61,471 bases of DNA, taken from positions 1 through 61,471 of the forward strand of contig CALSSJ010000014.1 of the NCBI GenBank assembly GCA_943788985.1, given 5' to 3'. Origin of the DNA: an uncultured Lentisphaerales bacterium. Its GTDB lineage: Bacteria; Verrucomicrobiota; Lentisphaeria; JABSQK01; UBA12247. A model generated the notes under the pieces. It was not told the DNA's origin and did not search any database. It was given only the letters and a program-made list of their open reading frames with translations. This document shows, one piece after another, positions 38,201-53,041 of this stretch (positions within the stretch are counted from its first letter, which is position 1; each line of letters starts with the position of its first letter). The translations under genes were made by a program, and so were the position numbers.

Positions 38201-38250
38201 GAAATCGACTTGAGTCGACTTCCATCGACTGAAGTCGACTCGAGTCGATC
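38201..38250. repeat. Five 10-bp-phased TCGA(CT) repeats upstream of gap
   Basis: gaaatcgact tgagtcgact tccatcgact gaagtcgact cgagtcgatc. Confidence 0.8.
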
Positions 38251-38368
38251 CTTTTTCGGTGTTCCTTTCGATTTTGAGGTGCAGTTCGTCATAATTTCTC
38301 GCCATTTCCATAAGAGTATCTGGGTTCGTCGCGCGTTGGCCAGTTGAAACTTTTTCGCCTGTCGATAG

Positions 38369-39430
<1,062 letters not shown>

Positions 39431-39444
39431 GATCGTTCCTTTGG

Positions 39445-39485
39445 AAGCGGCTCTGCGGTCTGAGTTTAGGCCCGGGGCCGCTTTT
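39445..39485 (+). terminator. Probable intrinsic terminator after gap
   Basis: AAGCGGCTC...GGGCCGCTT stem followed by a short T run. Confidence 0.6.
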
Positions 39486-39493
39486 GTGTGCCT

Positions 39494-42045
<2,552 letters not shown>

Positions 42046-42053
42046 TTGTCCCA

Positions 42054-42085
42054 TACCCGGGCCTGCCAGTAGGCAGGTTCGGGTA
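42054..42085 (+). terminator. Hairpin after eno (possible terminator)
   Basis: TACCCGGGCCTGCC-AGTA-GGCAGGTTCGGGTA; weak U-tract. Confidence 0.5.
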
Positions 42086-42370
42086 GTTGCTCCATTTCCT
42101 GCATACAACTTCAGTCTGTTGCGGTCTTCGCAGGCTTGCGTCGGAATCATCGAGAAAGATGATGAGGAAAATGTGCCTGTGGCTTGCCAGAGTCGCATGT
42201 TTGACGCTGCGCTCCGAATTCAGGTGGTTCGGCTCTATCCCGATGGGATGGTTGGGCGTTCAATCTTCTTGTCTAGTTCAATCCGCAGCCAGTGCCTCCC
42301 GCGTGATTTGCTCTTGCCAGACCGGCTAGTTCGAGTAAGGTCGCGGATCTGCCAGACAACGAAACGGATC

Positions 42371-42778
42371 TTGACCGTCGTGCCTACCACCTCACACTTT
42401 ACGCCACCATACCCAGTCGAACTGCTGGCCCCGGCTGGTTGTTTCCCCTCGCTGCAAGCGGCCATCTCCGCCGGGGCAGATGCTGTGTACTTCGGACTCG
42501 CCCAGCTCAAGATGCGGGCACGCGCCGGCCGCAGTTTCGAGTTGACCGACCTGGAAGAGATCATGTTGCGCTGCAAGTCTGGCGGGATCAAGGGCTTCCT
42601 GCCCCTCAATACGATCCTCTAAGATCACGATATTCCCATGACGCGTCGCCTGCTGTCCGAAGCCGCCCGCTACGGCACCGACGGGGTGATCGTCTCGGAC
42701 ATGGCGGCCGCCATCTAGGTGGCATTGGAACTAAACCTGGAGGTCCAACTTTCCACGCAGCTGTCGTTAATAGCCTAA
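42371..42778 (+). pseudogene. Peptidase U32 family N-terminal remnant
   Basis: [33 protein letters not shown]; in-frame stops at 42620 (TAA) and 42716 (TAG); truncated. Confidence 0.85.
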
Positions 42779-43155
42779 TGGTGGCCATTCCGTTCTCGTT
42801 TTGCGCAAACGAGCTTCCGCAAGGCGGCAACGTGACTGCCGCTGCGGCAACGATTGGGACCGCTGGAAGCGCAATGAACATCAACCACGTATCTCAAGTG
42901 CAATTATTGACTGGCAGTCATTCAGTGCCGGCCAAGCCAACGCGGTGTTTGGTAACCAGTCAACGACGACATCCGCGCTGCTGTCAAGAGTCAACGGGAT
43001 CGACTCGTCGGTGATTTTGGGTTCGCTGCAGGCGAATGGCTCTCTGTATCGGTTACCCCCGAACATTGTGGTCCTCAGGGTAAATACGACTATCGGCGTG
43101 GGCTCGATTTTGGTCTCGACGGTGAATATGGCGGATGACGACTTGTGGCGGGGCG
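42778..43155 (+). pseudogene. Filamentous-haemagglutinin N-terminal (TPS secretion) domain remnant
   Basis: LPQGGNVT...IGTAGSAMNINH, frameshift, then SAIIDWQSFS...LSRVNGIDSSVILGSLQANG; no downstream repeats. Confidence 0.75.
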
Positions 43156-44250
43156 CGATGTCTTCAACGAGGACATCAACGGCGTCGGGGCCACGCTGGA
43201 CTTGGTCGATGTTTGACCTGCCCCTACGCTTCTGGACAAGGCCAACATTATTGCTGCGCAACCTGCGTTCTCTGTAAATGCAAGGCTAGCAGGCGCTCCT
43301 CTCTCTCAGCAAGCGCTTGGTTCCGATGGCGAGTTTACCTTGACCGTAGAACGCGGAGCGTCGCTGCAGACAAAGCCCAAGCCCCCCGAGATCCAAGTCT
43401 CTGGGGGAGTTCCGATAAGGCTGCACCAGGATCACTAAACCTTGAGGCACTAGCGCACCAGCTTGGGGAGCTCGAAGCTGGGCGGCAAGCGACTCAGCCG
43501 CCCTCCGCTGCGCCGCCGACCGCCAGTCGATCGCGCACGCTTGATAGAGGAGCATTCAATGACGCCCCCGATGCACCTGCTGGAGATGCGCTAAGGGGGA
43601 TAACCTTCGACTCCGACTAGGCGAGCCGCCCTCATGCAACACGCCCTTAGGGGCAAATGGCGACAGATCCGGGAGATGATTCTCTCCGGCACCGCCGTAT
43701 TAAATTAGTCACACGGTGGCGATGTTAGTAGGACAAAAGCTCGGAGCGGGTGCATATCGCTACCGCGATGTGGAATTGGCTCTACTCCGAGGCAGGGCCC
43801 ACGTTTCGTAATTGGCGTAGCGAATACAGTGCCGTCCCTTCCGAGAGCAACCCACGCCCATACCCGTCGTTTACTCGCTCGCTCTTGCCCCACCACATCC
43901 GCACTCAGATCCATCACAAAAGCCTTGGAACCGATGATGGCTCCATCGGTCCCATAGCGTGCGCTTGCAGCGGTCGTCTACAAGACGCAGTCCAACTTTC
44001 ACAGGAGCGTGACGTCGACCCGGCGAGCAGGAGTACCCACGCGTGTGTTGGGGAAACAGACCCCATAGCGCTCTTTGCCGACAGGGACGTGATTAATAGG
44101 GGGACAGATTTGGCGCAATGAGGTATGCCCAAATGGCGATTCCCGTGGTAATTTAGCTGCCATCTACGCAGTTCGGGAAATCAGTCTTCCCAAAGGACGA
44201 CTGATGCAGCGAGATGCGCGAGCATCAAGCCATTTACAACGAGGACACAC

Positions 44251-45739
44251 ATGAAACCCGCGATACTGATGATCGGAGCAGTCTACCTGCTTGGCACGCT
44301 TACAGCCGGCATAGCTGCTGAGCCGGTGAAGTCGAGTGCACCAAATATTCTGTTTATTCTCACTGATGATCAGGGGTACGCCGATCTCAGCTGTAATGGG
44401 CATCCGCATCTCAGGACACCTCACATGGATAAGATTCGGAACGAGAGCGTGCGGCTCGAGAACTTCCATGTCGCGCCGAGCTGTTCGCCGACTCGGGCTG
44501 GTTTGCAGACGGGCATGCACGAGTTCAAGAGCGGCGTCACCCATACTAAGCCCGGGGACAGACAGCAGCTAAGCCCAGAGCGGACCACGATCGGGCAGCT
44601 CCTGCAGAAGCAGGGCTACGCAACGGCCCTGTTCAACAAGTGGCACCTAGGAGGGCCCTCTCCTGATAAGCGTGGATACGACCTGTATCTCCGCACGGAA
44701 TCTCCGCCACCTCGTGCGACAATGATGTACTGGGACCCGACGGTATTCATCAACAATAAACCTCAGGGTGACCCGATTCAGGGATTCTCACCGGACATTC
44801 TCACGGATCAACTCCTCAAGACCATGACAGAGCAGGTGACCGCGGACAACAGCAAGCCCTTCTGCTACTTCATGTGGACTGTCACGCCACATACACCGGT
44901 CATGGCTCCGGGCAGGTACAAGGAACGCTTTGTTGGCAAGATGACGGAGCAGGAAGCGGCCTACTGCGGAATGGTCGAGAACATCGACGACAACGTCGGC
45001 CGGATCATGGCGAAGCTCCACGAGCTTGGAATCGACAAGGAGACGTTGGTCATCCTGATGAATGACAATGGCGGCACGGTGGGCGTGGAACTGTACAACG
45101 CCGGCATGCGCGGCACCAAGACCTCGGTCTGGCCCGGAGGAACGCGGGCCTTTTCGTATTGGCGCTGGCCCGGAACGCTGAAGCCGCGCACGGAGCATGC
45201 GCTCACCGGCTACGTGGATGTGTTTCCGACACTGGCTGAGATCGCCGGAGCAGAGATTCCGCAGGACATTGCTGCGGAGTTGGATGGCTACAGCCTCGTC
45301 GACTCTGCTGAAGTCGGCGGGCGGTGCGTTTCCGCGCGATCGGATGCTCTTTCTCCATGGGGCGCGCTGGGAGAGCGGTTTTGCGGAGCAGCACAAACAC
45401 ATCCAGGCAGCGGTGCGCCAGGGGAACCACTTGGCCATTCGCATCGATACCTGCCCCTGTAGAGAGGGCGTTTGTGCCAGAGGGCGAGCCGCCCAAAAGG
45501 GCACGATCGGTCCCGCCGTATACACCTCAACAAAGGAGAGCAGCGCCTTTCATTGGTCTGTGACAGACGGCTGGGAACTCTACGATGCAAGGAAGGATCC
45601 AAGCTGCAATTCGAGCTTGTCGGCGGCCATGCCCGAACTGCAACAGCGACTCACTGCCTCATACGAGAAGTGGTGGGATGACGTATATCCCGAGATGATG
45701 AAGCGAGGCGGCGATGCCCCGATCCCAACTCAAAAATAG
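44251..45739 (+). CDS. Arylsulfatase family protein, frameshift near 45305
   Basis: Signal peptide, PNILFILTDDQG, CSPTR, KWHLG, DNG; C-terminus (WELYD..KDP) in ORF 45197-45739. Confidence 0.88.
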
Positions 45740-47232
45740 TAAGACCCCCTCAGACAGCTCCAACGGAGGACGCACTCCCGTCTTCGCACCCAATTCGGCT
45801 TTCTTGTCAGCCTTTATGATCGGACTACTGGCTACAGCATTTCTGTCGTTGGGTTGCCTGGCCGAAGAAACAAATTCGAGCCCCAACGTCATCTTCATCC
45901 TGACAGATGATTTGGGCTATGGCGACCTTTCCTGCTATGGGCAGAAGAAGCTCAAGACGCCGAATATCGACCGGTTGGCTTCTGAAGGTCTGACATTTAC
46001 CGACTTCTATTCCGGCAACACGGTCTGTTCCCCTTCCCGCTTCTCCCTGATGGCTGGGCAGCACCCGGGGCATGCTACATGCCGGGGGAATGCGGGTGGA
46101 GTCAGAACACTCGATCCGCAGATGACGACCTTGGCGAAGGTATTCAAGAACGCTGGCTACGCCACCGGGATGTATGGCAAATGGGGACTGGGAACCACAC
46201 ACGCAAAGACCGATGAAAATCCTTTGCGTCATGGATTCGATGTGTTCTACTGCTGGGAAACGCAGGGCACGGCCCATACCTACTTTCCCATACATATGGT
46301 CGAAAACGGTGAGTTGATTGATGTGCCGGAGGGCACCTACGTCCACGATGTGATGGTGGAGAAGGCATTCGCCTTCATCAAAAAGAACGCTGAGCAAGAG
46401 CAGCCGTTCTTCTGCTACATGCCAGTGGCGATTCCTCACGCGGCGATGCACGCGCCGAAAGAGCTGCACGAGAAATGGCGCAAGGTATTTCCTCAGTTCG
46501 ACGGCAAGATCAGTCGCTATGGCGCAGGCAATAATGAGCCGTGCCCAGAAGTGGTCAATCCCATCGCCGGCTATGCTGCCATGATGGAGAATCTCGATAA
46601 TCAGGTCGGTGAACTCCTCGCGTTGCTGAAGACCTTGACCATCGATGCCAACACGCTGGTTGTGTTCAGTAGTGACAACGGCGGCCATTCAGCCGGTGGG
46701 CATGACCGTATCTTCTGGCGTTCAAGTGGGCCGCGTGCCGGGCTTGGCGCGCTGGCCCGGCGTCATCTCTCCCGGAAGCGTGACGGACTTTGTCAGTACC
46801 GCATGGGATATCTTGCCAACCATGGCTGATATTTTGCAGCAGCCCGTACCGCAGCAGTGTGATGGCATATCGCTTTTTCCCGTGCTTAAGGGCGGCACGG
46901 CGAAACAGCCGACCTATCGTTACTGGGAGTTCTGGCGCGTATTGCCGAAGGGCTCACGCACGAAAGAGTATCTCGATAAGCAGGGCATTACCTGCCAGGC
47001 GGTTCGCTCCGGCAAGTGGAAGGCCTTTCGTGGCTATGGAAACCACAACCTCAAGGGCTTCCAGGACAAGCCTCCAGCTCCCGACTGCGACATGGAACTC
47101 TATGACTTGGAAGCCGACCCGGGCGAAACCACCAACCTGGCCGCTGACTATTCTGAAATCGTCGACCGCATGGCGGCCTACATGGCTGAAGCGCACACGC
47201 CTTTGAAGACAAAACCGAAAACGAGACGATAG
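45714..47232 (+). pseudogene. Arylsulfatase family protein with frameshifting internal deletion near 46730
   Basis: PNVIFILTDDLGYGD, CSPSR, GKWGLG, SDNGG; the usual LRG.K..LYEGG segment between SSGP and RVP is absent; C-terminus in ORF 46645-47232. True start probably near 45817. Confidence 0.8.
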
Positions 47233-47235
47233 CCG

Positions 47236-48645
47236 GTGAACCAACTCAAGAGACTCACCCGCCTGCTTGTCTTAGCCGGCTGTGTCCATTCACTTCTTGG
47301 CGTGGCTCCTGCCAAGCCCAACATTCTGTGGATCGTGACGGAGGACATTGGCTGCGATATGGCATGCTACGGCACCAAGGGCGTGCACACGCCCAACATG
47401 GATCAACTGGCCGCCGAGGGGACGCTGTACACTCGTGCCTACACCAGCGCGTCCATCTGCAGCCCAAGCCGCTCTAGCTTTATGACCGGGCTTTATCCGC
47501 ACCAAGTCCACTCCAAGAACATGCGGATTCGGCCGCCATTGAAGAAGAAGCCTCTGCCTGATGGCGTCGACATCTTCACCAAGTATCTGCGCGATGCCGG
47601 CTACGCCATCGGCTTTCCGGGGCACGGCAAGAAGGATTGGGGATTTATCGAGCCCACTTCTCCGCCCTACGACATCGGGAATTGGGATAGCCTGACGCAG
47701 AAGCAACCGTTCTTCTGTCAGTATCAGTTCTACGACACCCATAGGGTAAACAAGAAAATCGACGGCACGTTCTTCCCCTTCCTCCCTTGCCCGGAGCACC
47801 CTGTGGATCGTGCCAATGTCGAGCTTCACCCGTATACGCCCGACACACCCGAGGCCCGTGAAGAGTTAGGCGCTTATCTCGAAAACGTCAATCTGCTGGA
47901 CATGAAGATCGGCGCGTTGCTCGCCGATCTGAAAGCCAAGGGCCTCTACGAGACTACGATAATCGTGGTGATGGGGGATAACGGCCCGCCGATCTTTCGC
48001 GGTAAAGGCTTCCTCTACGAACGTGGCATTCGGATGCCCTTGATCGTGCGTATTCCCGAACGCTTCAGCCCGGGGGTGAAGCCGGGTACGATCACGGATG
48101 AGTTGGTCTCTGCTTTGGACATGGCGCCCACCTTCATTGATCTGGCGGGTGGGACAATCCCCGACTACATGGAAGGCCGCATTTTCTTCGGGCCGAATCA
48201 ACAACCAGAGCCCGAGTATCTGTTCGCCATGCGGGATCGCCATGGGATGAACGTGGACCGCTGCCGCAGTGTGGCTTCGAAGACCGACAAGTACATCCGA
48301 AACTACGTCCGCGGCATGACCTGTTTCGAGAATAGTCTCGGCAATGTGGCTGGGAGCCGCGCCGGCCTGAAACTCTTTGAGCAAGGAAAACTCTCCGCTG
48401 CGCAGGCTGCCTATTATACGGACAAGCCCGAAGAGGAACTTTACGACCTAACCACAGATCCCTTTGAGCTTAACAACCTCGCTCAAGATCCAGCCCGGGA
48501 GGAAACGCTCACAAAATTCCGGAAAGCACTTACAGGCTGGATCGATGAGACTGAGGACGACGGCGCATTCGAAGATCCTGACGCGCTGAAGGAAATGGAC
48601 CGCCTCTTTGAGCGCCAGAAGCAGCGCCGGCGTACAGGTAAATAG
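47236..48645 (+). CDS. Sulfatase family protein
   Basis: Signal peptide, KPNILWIVTED, CSPSR, GDNG, KG.LYE.G.RMPLI, EELYDL..DP.EL.NLA. Confidence 0.93.
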   Translation: MNQLKRLTRLLVLAGCVHSLLGVAPAKPNILWIVTEDIGCDMACYGTKGVHTPNMDQLAAEGTLYTRAYTSASICSPSRSSFMTGLYPHQVHSKNMRIRPPLKKKPLPDGVDIFTKYLRDAGYAIGFPGHGKKDWGFIEPTSPPYDIGNWDSLTQKQPFFCQYQFYDTHRVNKKIDGTFFPFLPCPEHPVDRANVELHPYTPDTPEAREELGAYLENVNLLDMKIGALLADLKAKGLYETTIIVVMGDNGPPIFRGKGFLYERGIRMPLIVRIPERFSPGVKPGTITDELVSALDMAPTFIDLAGGTIPDYMEGRIFFGPNQQPEPEYLFAMRDRHGMNVDRCRSVASKTDKYIRNYVRGMTCFENSLGNVAGSRAGLKLFEQGKLSAAQAAYYTDKPEEELYDLTTDPFELNNLAQDPAREETLTKFRKALTGWIDETEDDGAFEDPDALKEMDRLFERQKQRRRTGK

Positions 48646-48742
48646 CATTGCCACCATGAGAACTCGAGCAACAGAGTCAGCAAATAGCAAAAGGATTAGG
48701 CAAAGAACCACAGCGTGCCCGGCGCAAAAGAGATAATCAAAA

Positions 48743-49576
48743 GTGAGCTATTTTACAATGAGATTCATGTGTACATCCCTTGTCGTGATGGTCTTGTCAG
48801 CAGGCCAAGTCTGCCTTGCCGCCCCGGCGCCAGATCAGGCAATTTCCGTACGTGTTGCCGCTTACAATGTTGAGTTCGGCAAAAGCACGACCCCCGAGCA
48901 GGTTGGCGAGATGTTCCAGCCGTACAACCTGGATATCATTGGTTTCAATGAAGTCCCAGATGGTGATTGGACGGCCCGCGTGGGGACCGTGCTGGGGATG
49001 GAATACAGCTATGTGGGTAAGATCTCCTCGGCGAATCATAAGGACAAATACAAGTCGATCCTGAGCCGAACGCCACTGAAGGGCACCACCGAGCATGAGC
49101 TTACCCATACAAAGCGTAGGCGCGGTTGGAATCCCGCGTCGGTCGTGCGAGCCGTGACGGAGCTTGATGGCATTTCCATCGCATTCTATTCCTTGCACAT
49201 CTGCAAGTCGGGCAAGGATGATGGCCATGCCTATCAGCTTGCGACTGAGATTTTGCCGAAGGAGAAAACAGAGCGGGTCATTGCTGTTGGAGATTTTAAT
49301 AACAACATCGGCGATGAGGCAATGAACACTATTGAGGCCGCGGGGATGAAACCGACGTGGAAGGATCTGACTATTGATCTATCCACGCAGTTTACCTACA
49401 ATGCTCTAAATCCCGATAAGAATCTTGGCGTGATTGATCACATTTTCTACAATCATGCTTCCTCCGGCGCTAAGACTGTAGACAGTGGCATCATCGAACT
49501 GGAAGAGCCCTTGTCCGACCACAAGCCCATCTGGGCACAAATCGTGTTTCCCCGAGATCTCGAAGTCGTGAAGTAG
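48743..49576 (+). CDS. Exported endonuclease/exonuclease/phosphatase family protein
   Basis: AYNV, DII..NEV, GDFN, IDHIFY, SDH.PI; N-terminal signal-like segment. Confidence 0.9.
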   Translation: MSYFTMRFMCTSLVVMVLSAGQVCLAAPAPDQAISVRVAAYNVEFGKSTTPEQVGEMFQPYNLDIIGFNEVPDGDWTARVGTVLGMEYSYVGKISSANHKDKYKSILSRTPLKGTTEHELTHTKRRRGWNPASVVRAVTELDGISIAFYSLHICKSGKDDGHAYQLATEILPKEKTERVIAVGDFNNNIGDEAMNTIEAAGMKPTWKDLTIDLSTQFTYNALNPDKNLGVIDHIFYNHASSGAKTVDSGIIELEEPLSDHKPIWAQIVFPRDLEVVK

Positions 49577-49655
49577 GCTGATCGTTTCGATACCAAAATC
49601 CAAACTTGTGGGTGAAGGTGACTTGTGGCATGGGCTGTTCTAGTTGGGGCTGGGC

Positions 49656-50855
49656 TCAGAGCACCAGGGAATCAAGGCGGCGACCATTTCCCTTGAGTGC
49701 TTGAATGCGCGCTTCCGCTTTCCCGCGACAGCCTGCGTTTGTAGCGGCTTTCATCGTGTATTGGTAGGCGTCGTCGATGTTCCGGCTGGTGATTTCATAG
49801 CCGTCGCCAGCAGCAATCCAGCGCAAGGCGGCGAGCCCGGCTTCCATGGCGAATGTTGGATGGGATTCAGCCGCCTTACGCGCCGCACGAGTCAACGTCC
49901 TGGGATCGCAGGGAGACTGATTCACTAGCGCAATTGCCGTATCGTAGAGCCCGGTGCTCTTCGCCGCGGCAAACCACTTTTCCTCGGCCCCCGGAGTGCT
50001 TGCCGCCAGGTCTAGCAGGATGCTCGCTGGTGTGCGGTCTGGATACTTGGCGACGATGGCCCGGAAGGTCGCCAGATTGGTCGACCGGTGGTTCGCGCCG
50101 AAGGCATGGCGCTGGTAGGCCTCGTCGGCTTTTCCCAAAGACAGCAAGATTGCTTCACACGTGACATGCACTTCACCATAAGCACGAAAGCTGTCATCCG
50201 TTGCTTCTGCATAGGCCAATGCGTCATGCGGCTTGCCCTGGGCGACCAGCGCCTTTACGACCCAGTGTCAATCTGTTCAATACTGATGCTTCATCGTCGC
50301 AACCAACTCAGTCAACTCCTCGTACCGCTCTGCGGTTAAGAGAGCACCCAGGCAGGCTGATCGACCGCTGAAGTAGGCTCCAGGAAGTGAATCGGCGGAG
50401 TAAGACATACGCCAGGCTGGCAGGAAGCTATCGGCCCAGCGCGAGGCACGCTCTCGGGTCACGCAGAACTCGCCCCAGAATTCAGGCAGTAGCTCGATAT
50501 AGGGCATCTGGTCCTCTTGGATCGCTGTCCAGAGCCTTTCGAGCCAGTCGTCGCGGATGGCAGCGTCGACCTCCGCTTGGACCACGATCGGGGCCAGCGC
50601 GTCGATCGCGGCGTTTGCGGCCCCACCAATCGCCCCGGATGAGCTGTCAGCATGCTCGATGGCTGGCGAGATGCGCTCCAGGAACCGCACTGCGCCTTCG
50701 GCGGCAGTAGCAGGGTCCGTGCTGGCCACCTTCTTGATCTCGCTGACTGCTTCCTTGATCCGCTTGATGGGCGTTTGAGATTTCCAGCCATAGGCACCGG
50801 CGCGGAACCGAGCTGGAAATGTCCACTTGTGAGAAATATTCCTCTCAGGGGGCAT
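49656..50855 (-). pseudogene. Helical hypothetical protein interrupted by two in-frame TGA codons
   Basis: ORFs 50277-50855 and 49656-50219 share a frame; the bridge reads Y*TD*HWVVKALVAQGKPHDALAYAEA. Confidence 0.75.
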
Positions 50856-50885
50856 AACGTCTCGGTTCGTTTCGGTTGAAGGTTT

Positions 50886-52025
50886 CTACTTTCCGCCTTC
50901 GGTGAGAAAGCCGAGCGCTAGCGCCATCTCGACTTCGGTGCCATTCTCATCGACTAGCGTCACTGTTTCTGCGTCGCGCCGCTGGATGTCGGTGACCCGC
51001 CCAAAGCCGGCAGGTGTTGGGCAGGCAGCCATGATGTAGTTCACGACCAACGGCTCATTCGGGTCTAGCTCTACCGTTGTGGGAATTCCCTGTTCCCGTA
51101 AGGAGTTGGGAGCGGCAGAGCGGGCTAAGCCGTAGTGGAAGTAGGCGGTGATTTCCTCCATGCCGAGGACATTGCGATGCCGCCCGTTCCAGGGCGCATA
51201 GTGGCGCCCACCGTTGGACCACCAGTAGAGGGTGGAACTCAGGACCCGCGGATCCTTGATGCTCAACCAGACATAGCCGAGATCTGGATAGCTGACTGCG
51301 TTCCAGGCAAAGGGCAGTGTTGGGGCATCGCACTGGATGAAGATGTCTTCGAAGCCACGACGCAGGGGAAACTGGGTGAGGTCTGCTGTGGTTCCAAACA
51401 CTGTTGGACAGGCGGACAGGTCGTCGATGATCGCGCCTGGTTGCAAGCACGAGTAGCCGCCTGTTGCTGGATCCTCCGCCGGGTCCACAAACACCTGGCG
51501 GTGGATCTTGCGACTGCTGGAAAGGCGCCCGGATCCTTCGACATCCGGAAACTTCAGGCAGGCATGATGGCCGATGGGAATGGGGCCCGTGCCGCCGCTG
51601 ACCTGATGCTGAGAATAGATCGCGTTGTGGCCAGGGCGAAGGGAAATCCGTTTATCGACCACTGCGGGGCGGACGTTGGATTCCATTCGCAGATGCAACT
51701 CATCGGCGGTGTGCGTCACCAGTTCCCAGTCGAGGTTAGCTGTGGCGCCATGGACCTGATGGTCCTCGCCCTCCCAGACCTCGTCGTTGCCGCCAAACGG
51801 CATGCAGAAAAAATCACCGCGGAGTGACCGAATAATCGGCGGGGTATCTGGTGGGAGGTCTTCCTCTGCCCACGGGGCTACTGCATACGGGCGGATGGCT
51901 GCGCCGCCGCGGGCAAAGGTGACTGGTGCCAGATGGCCACCGGTCCGTGTGACGAATAACTCCACCTCTGCGTTTGCCAGTCGCCATGAAGGCTGCCCGG
52001 CTACCGTCGTCATCTTGCTTGGCAT
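50886..52025 (-). CDS. Galactose-mutarotase/aldose-epimerase-like fold protein
   Basis: GDFFCMPFGG, HG.TAN..W, GHHA, W..NGGR..APWNGR...LGMEE. Confidence 0.7.
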   Translation of the reverse strand: MPSKMTTVAGQPSWRLANAEVELFVTRTGGHLAPVTFARGGAAIRPYAVAPWAEEDLPPDTPPIIRSLRGDFFCMPFGGNDEVWEGEDHQVHGATANLDWELVTHTADELHLRMESNVRPAVVDKRISLRPGHNAIYSQHQVSGGTGPIPIGHHACLKFPDVEGSGRLSSSRKIHRQVFVDPAEDPATGGYSCLQPGAIIDDLSACPTVFGTTADLTQFPLRRGFEDIFIQCDAPTLPFAWNAVSYPDLGYVWLSIKDPRVLSSTLYWWSNGGRHYAPWNGRHRNVLGMEEITAYFHYGLARSAAPNSLREQGIPTTVELDPNEPLVVNYIMAACPTPAGFGRVTDIQRRDAETVTLVDENGTEVEMALALGFLTEGGK

Positions 52026-52156
52026 GCTCACTCTCCCGTTGCGCTCTCATTCAACATGGCGCATTGTAGCGCTTGTTGCCGCGCATCGCAACGCCAAGAC
52101 GCTTCCGGGGTAATAATTTTTTTGTGCCCGACCTTACTACTGATGCGGAATAGACA

Positions 52157-52642
52157 ATGACGATAGTCACCACGATTTATCTTGAGATGACGGATGTCTC
52201 GCAGCTTCGGGCCAAGCCTTGCGACGATTCCCGTTTTCGCGTGCTTGAGGCGACCGAAAACCAATGGCAGATGAATCGATCTCTTTATGAAACTATCGGA
52301 GCGAATTGTGCGTGGCGGGACAAGCTCTCGTGGAGCGATAACCAATGGCGTTGCTATGTCGACGACGACAACCTGCGGACGTTCATCGCGTACTACGACG
52401 GGGATGTCGCGGGGTACTTTGAGCTTTTTAAGCAGGGCCAGCAGGTGCAGATCGCCTACTTTGGCTTGACCCCCGGCTTCATCGGGAGAGGCTTCGGCGG
52501 AGCGCTTCTCACGCGAGCGCTCGAGCAAGCGTGGCAGACCGATCCCGAGCGGGTGTGGGTTCACACCTGCAATCTTGACCATGAGGCAGCGCTGGCCAAC
52601 TACCTGGCCCGGGGAATGGCCATCTACAAGACCGAGACTTGA
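52157..52642 (+). CDS. GNAT family N-acetyltransferase
   Basis: AGYFEL, IAYFGL.PGFIGRGFGG.LL, RVWVHTC.LDH..AL.NY.ARG. Confidence 0.93.
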   Translation: MTIVTTIYLEMTDVSQLRAKPCDDSRFRVLEATENQWQMNRSLYETIGANCAWRDKLSWSDNQWRCYVDDDNLRTFIAYYDGDVAGYFELFKQGQQVQIAYFGLTPGFIGRGFGGALLTRALEQAWQTDPERVWVHTCNLDHEAALANYLARGMAIYKTET

Positions 52643-52949
52643 GTAATATCCAACGGCCCGAGGCCGCCAGTTTACCCGTGCCCCCATATACCGATGGTCC
52701 TGCTACTAATCTCGGTACGACGCGTCTCCGTGCCCGTCCCCACTACTATCAGAGTGACGCGCACGGAGACGCGTCATACGGGCTCCCGGAAGAGCGTTAC
52801 TTACCGTCAGCCTTCGCGACCGGTTGCCAAACTTGGAGCTGGATCCAGAACCGCGCTGCGGTCCTTACAGGAATGCTGGCGGAAGCGCACCAGCCTGCAA
52901 GTCCATACGGCAGGGGGGAGTGGATTTTAAGTCGGAATTAATTGATGAA

Positions 52950-52966
52950 ATTATTGACTCAATAAT
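52950..52966. promoter_or_regulatory. Perfect inverted repeat overlapping a TTGACT -35-like hexamer
   Basis: ATTATTGA-C-TCAATAAT in an AT-rich patch upstream of the ATPase gene. Confidence 0.5.
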
Positions 52967-53041
52967 GGATTGGTGTTGGTTTCGTGTAGTATTTCAATCG
53001 CTATATTTATGATTTAAAATCGACATTGTGTAGTCACCCCA

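Noticed and set aside
44036..44057. CCCACGCGTGTGTTGGGGAAAC resembles a type I-E CRISPR repeat
   Set aside because: Single degenerate copy, no repeats at about 61-bp spacing and no cas genes.
52639..52941. 100-aa ORF after the GNAT gene
   Set aside because: No recognisable motif or convincing coding signal; may be a remnant.
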